Assembly (NCBI RefSeq): GCF_035594765.1
Contig: NC_085841.1
Span: 256,142,689-256,206,688 of the forward strand
Origin: Anolis carolinensis
Lineage: Eukaryota
Direction: 5' to 3'
DNA: 64,000 nucleotides
A model generated the notes under the pieces. That model did no database searches and was not told the DNA's origin. It worked only from the letters and a program-made list of their open reading frames with translations. The position numbers were made by a program, and so were the translations under genes. This document shows, piece by piece, positions 60,497 through 64,000 of the stretch; position 1 is the first letter of the stretch; every line of letters begins with the position of its first letter.

Positions 60497-61394
60497 TGTT
60501 GTTGTTATTGTTTATTCATTTGGTCACTCCCGACTCTTGGACCAGCCCACACCAGAGCTCCCTATCGGCCGTGGCTACCCCCAGCTCCTTCAAGGTCAAA
60601 CCAGTCACCTCAAGGATAACATCCATCCATCTTGTCCTTGGTCGGCTTCTCTTCCTTTTTCCTTCCATTTTCTCCAGCATCATTCTCTTCTTCAAGCTTT
60701 CCTGTCTTCTCATGATGTGGCCAAAGTACTTCATCTTTGCCTGTAATATCCTTCCATCCAGTGAGCAGTCTGGCATTATTTCCTGGAGGATGGACTGGTT
60801 GGATCTTCTTGCGGTTCAAGACACTCTCAGGATTTTCCTCCAACGCCACAGTTCAAAAGCATCTATTTTCCTTCACTCAACCTTTCTTATAGTCCAGCTC
60901 TTGCATCCATAGGTTACTATGGAGAATACCATTGCTTTAACTATGCGGACCTTCATTGTCAGTGTGATGTTTCCACTCTCCACTATTTTATCGAGATTGG
61001 TCATTGCTATTGTCTTCTGATTTCCTGGCTGCAGTCTGCGTCTGCAGTAAACTTTGTACCTAGAAATACAAAGTCTATAACTGCCTCCACGTTTTCTCCC
61101 TCTATGTGCCAGTTGTTAATCAGTCTGGTTGCCATAATCTTGGTTTTCTTGATGTTTAACTGCAACCCAGCTTTTGCACTTTCTTCTTTCACCTTGTGAT
61201 AAGGCTCCTTGGTTCCTCCTCGCTTTGAGCCATCAAAGTGCTATCATATGCGTATCTAAGGTTGTTAATGTTTCTTCCAGCAATTTTAAGAGCCTTGGAT
61301 TCATCAAGCCCTGCACAATTCATGATGTGTTCTGCATACAAGTTGAATAGGTAGGGTGATAGTATACAGCCCTGCCATACTCCGTTCTCAATCG
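60497..61394 (-). mobile_element. Bov-B LINE 3' ~900 bp, internally deleted
   Basis: GRAVYYHPTYSTCMQN-type frame covering QGCILSP, KEESAKAGLQLNIKKTKIMAT, DFVFLG, KMKYFGHIMRRQESLKK; (CAA)n tail. Confidence 0.95.
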
Positions 61395-61579
61395 TTTTTA
61401 AAAAATAATTTTTATAGTTTTTTTAAAGTGATAAAATAGATATAGGCATGAAATACAATAGAACATAGAAAAAGAGTGTCCTTTTTATAGTAGGTGTCAT
61501 GAGATGTTGATTTAAAAAGAGAGCGAGAGAGACCAAAAAAAAGAGAAAAACAGAAGAAAAGAAAGAGAAAAGAAAAAAA

Positions 61580-61581
<2 letters not shown>

Positions 61582-61630
<49 letters not shown>
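61582..61630. repeat. (TA)n microsatellite
   Basis: Direct reading. Confidence 0.97.
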
Positions 61631-61633
<3 letters not shown>

Positions 61634-62500
61634 TTCCATCTTTTACACAGTTACTTCTCAATCTTCAACCAGTCTGTTGTTCCATAATCTGTTCTTACTG
61701 TTGCTACTTGAATTTTTTAAATTCAAAAGCAAAATCAAGCTTTGGACGCAGAATCTGTAGATATAGAGAGTTGATTGTGTTACCCATCCACAATAAAAAT
61801 GTGCTTCTGTTAATTCTCTGGAGTGAATACTTCCAGCCATCTATATCCAGCCTGAAATTATTTATGAAGAAGCTGCTGTCCCTGGTCCAGAGATGGAGAT
61901 GAGCAGCTCATCTTCTGCATGCTTTATAGATGCTCCAAATTGTTTGTGTACTCTGCTCCTTAATCCACAGATATGGGGCAGCTTGAATTGTGATCTTTTG
62001 TATTTGTCAGCTATCAAAGTTGAAAAGTCATAGTCTTATTTTCTTAGGTTTGTGAAGCAGCCTTCCAGTAATCATGGCTTGTATTCCAATAATGGGCACA
62101 CATGTCCTTTGCAACATTTTAAAAAGATGAAACTAGGACTATTCACCATGTGAACAAAGACATTCTCCAGGTAGCATTGTGTAGCAGCAAAAAAGCAAGC
62201 TTGCTTGATCTTCCAGTCCTGTAAATATTTGAAGATGGCTATTCTGTCACTCTCAATTTTACCTGATATTAGTTGATTCTTAGTATTATGTATGTTAATA
62301 TGGCTTGTGCATTAACTCATACTTTTTGAATTTTGTAAAAATCAACAGAGTCATAATATTTTAAAGATAACAAATGCCAGAGGATTAATGAGTGGGGATA
62401 ATTGCATTGAGTATGTGGACACTGTTTATGAAAGAACTGGGCACTGTCTTTGGGATTGTTTGCAGAAAATTCGGTTTGGTGTGCACTATTTGTTGCGGGA

Positions 62501-62721
62501 GGAGCCCCCAATGGCGCAGTGGATTAAACCGCTGAGCTGCTGAACTTGCTGACCGAAAGGTTGTAGGTTTGAATCCAGGGAGCGGGGTGAGCTACCACTG
62601 TCAGCCCCAGCTTCTGCCAGACAATGCCGGCTCTTTGGCTTAGAAATGGAGATGAGCACCAACCCCCAGAGTCGGAAATGACTAGACTTAATGTCAGGGG
62701 AAAACCTTTACTTACCTTTAC
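62501..62721 (+). mobile_element. Sauria SINE with internal deletion
   Basis: Head and tail intact; cttctgcca joined directly to gacaatgcc; flanking ctatttgtt duplication. Confidence 0.92.
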
Positions 62722-63929
62722 CTATTTGTTTCTGGTGATGTTGCATGACTGATTGTATACTTTTCCTCCTGAGCCTGAAACTGTGAATCATCTTGAATAG
62801 GTGTATGTGTGTGACCTAGACAGATGTGTCCAGCCAAGGCATCTTATCTGTTAGTACAAAACAGCAGGAACTCAAGCTGTCAGCCCCAATTGCACTGTAT
62901 TTAAAACAACTGTTGCCTAGTGCTAAAAGTGGTCTTGAAATCAAAGCCGGTCTTGACACCTACATAAAGCACAAATGCAAAGCATTAGCACAAAGCCTTT
63001 TTCTGCAGGAGAAAAACCATGGTGTTAAGCCTCCTCAGAAACCAGCTCTATAATGGAACTGATAATGAAAGTTTAATTACAACTGTTCTCTCAGGCGTTC
63101 TCAACATACACATCACATTTGATGGTTTCTGCCATGATATCACTGCCTTTCAGACTTTTTCCAGGAAACATTTGGCATTACCTGAGCCTAGAATTTACAT
63201 CAGGGAAGGGGAGGCATACCTAGGTATGGATGTTTTAATTTGAAGCCTGACACACAGATAGCCGGTGTTGAAATAAACAGCGAAATGGCTTTTGTGTAAG
63301 AGAAACATTTAGCCTTTGTGAAATGCCAGAAGAGAAACAAGTAATGTCTCCACTTTGGTTCCGGCTTCCATATGAAAGGTTAAACCTTAAAGGCAAACAA
63401 ATTACCCTTTGTCTGTATTAACATGTGGCTGTGCTTTGCTACTTGTGTGTATTACAAAATGGTTGGATTTATTTATTTTTTGGCCACGGTACAGAATCAA
63501 TGTTGTATCCCCAATTATATGTTGACCTCTATTTCTGGACTGTGGGAAATCAATCACACGACCACTTGATGGTGCATTATGAACATCCGTCCATCTCTGG
63601 CATTTGCAGATAGTTTGGTGAATCCTGAATGACAAATGAGTTTACTGATTTCTGACTCAAATATTGAATGATTTGTAAACCTAAGATATTAAATATATTA
63701 GTATTTGGACCACATAGAGAACAAGGGAACAAATCTGTTACCTTAAAAACTGAATGGGCAAAGTTGTGAAATGATAACACCTCTAGAATAATTGGAAAAA
63801 ATACATTTTTCACTGTCTTGGGTCCCATGATAGTAGAAAAGCAGAGTATTTATATGCATACACACATACACACACATATATGTACCACCTGTCTCCCAAC
63901 CTGGTCACTCAAGACAATCTCAAATACGG

Positions 63930-64000
63930 TTGATGGGGACGAGAGAGAGGGCCTTCTCGGTGGTGGCGCCCCAGCTCTGGAATGCCCACTCTGGTGAGAT
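63930..64000 (+). mobile_element. L2 fragment running off the window
   Basis: gggacgagagagagggccttctcggtggtggcgccccagctctggaat = GTRERAFSVVAPQLWN. Confidence 0.85.

Noticed and set aside
1-64000. Host protein-coding genes among the listed ORFs
   Set aside because: ORFs are short (173 aa at most), many use non-ATG starts, and the recognisable ones are frameshifted L2, Bov-B, RTE, Vingi, R4 or CR1 fragments or SINE read-throughs (MTAWSAVTFPPEQYLLIYSHLHVF). Small spliced exons could still be missed without homology search.

Overview
Eukaryotic, AT-rich vertebrate genomic DNA, almost certainly from a squamate (Anolis-like lizard), judged from its repeats: Sauria SINEs with (ACCTTT)n tails, Bov-B, RTE, L2, CR1, Vingi and R4/Dong LINE fragments, Penelope-like fragments, SPIN and other hAT MITEs, Tc1/mariner-Tigger MITEs, Helitrons and two solo LTRs. 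I could not support any host protein-coding exon, tRNA gene, rRNA gene or CRISPR array. Every recognisable ORF in the track is a decayed retroelement fragment, a SINE read-through or a microsatellite artefact, so the window looks intronic or intergenic, with roughly 40% recognisable TE sequence by my hand estimate. The most interesting signal is a web of cargo exchange among non-autonomous transposons. (1) Two sister Helitrons share a core but carry different Penelope-derived cargo, in one case amplified into a ~75-bp array. (2) A young hAT with a perfect 8-bp TSD carries SINE and Penelope pieces plus what looks like a CpG-island promoter or first exon. (3) A SPIN MITE contains the same ~140-bp tandem unit as a Helitron-like element 25 kb away. 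(4) A 233-bp palindromic Penelope insertion has hammerhead ribozyme motifs on both strands. (5) An ACTACAAYTCCCA module recurs across unrelated MITE families. Family names come from recalled consensus sequences, not from a database search. Boundaries without a TSD are approximate.
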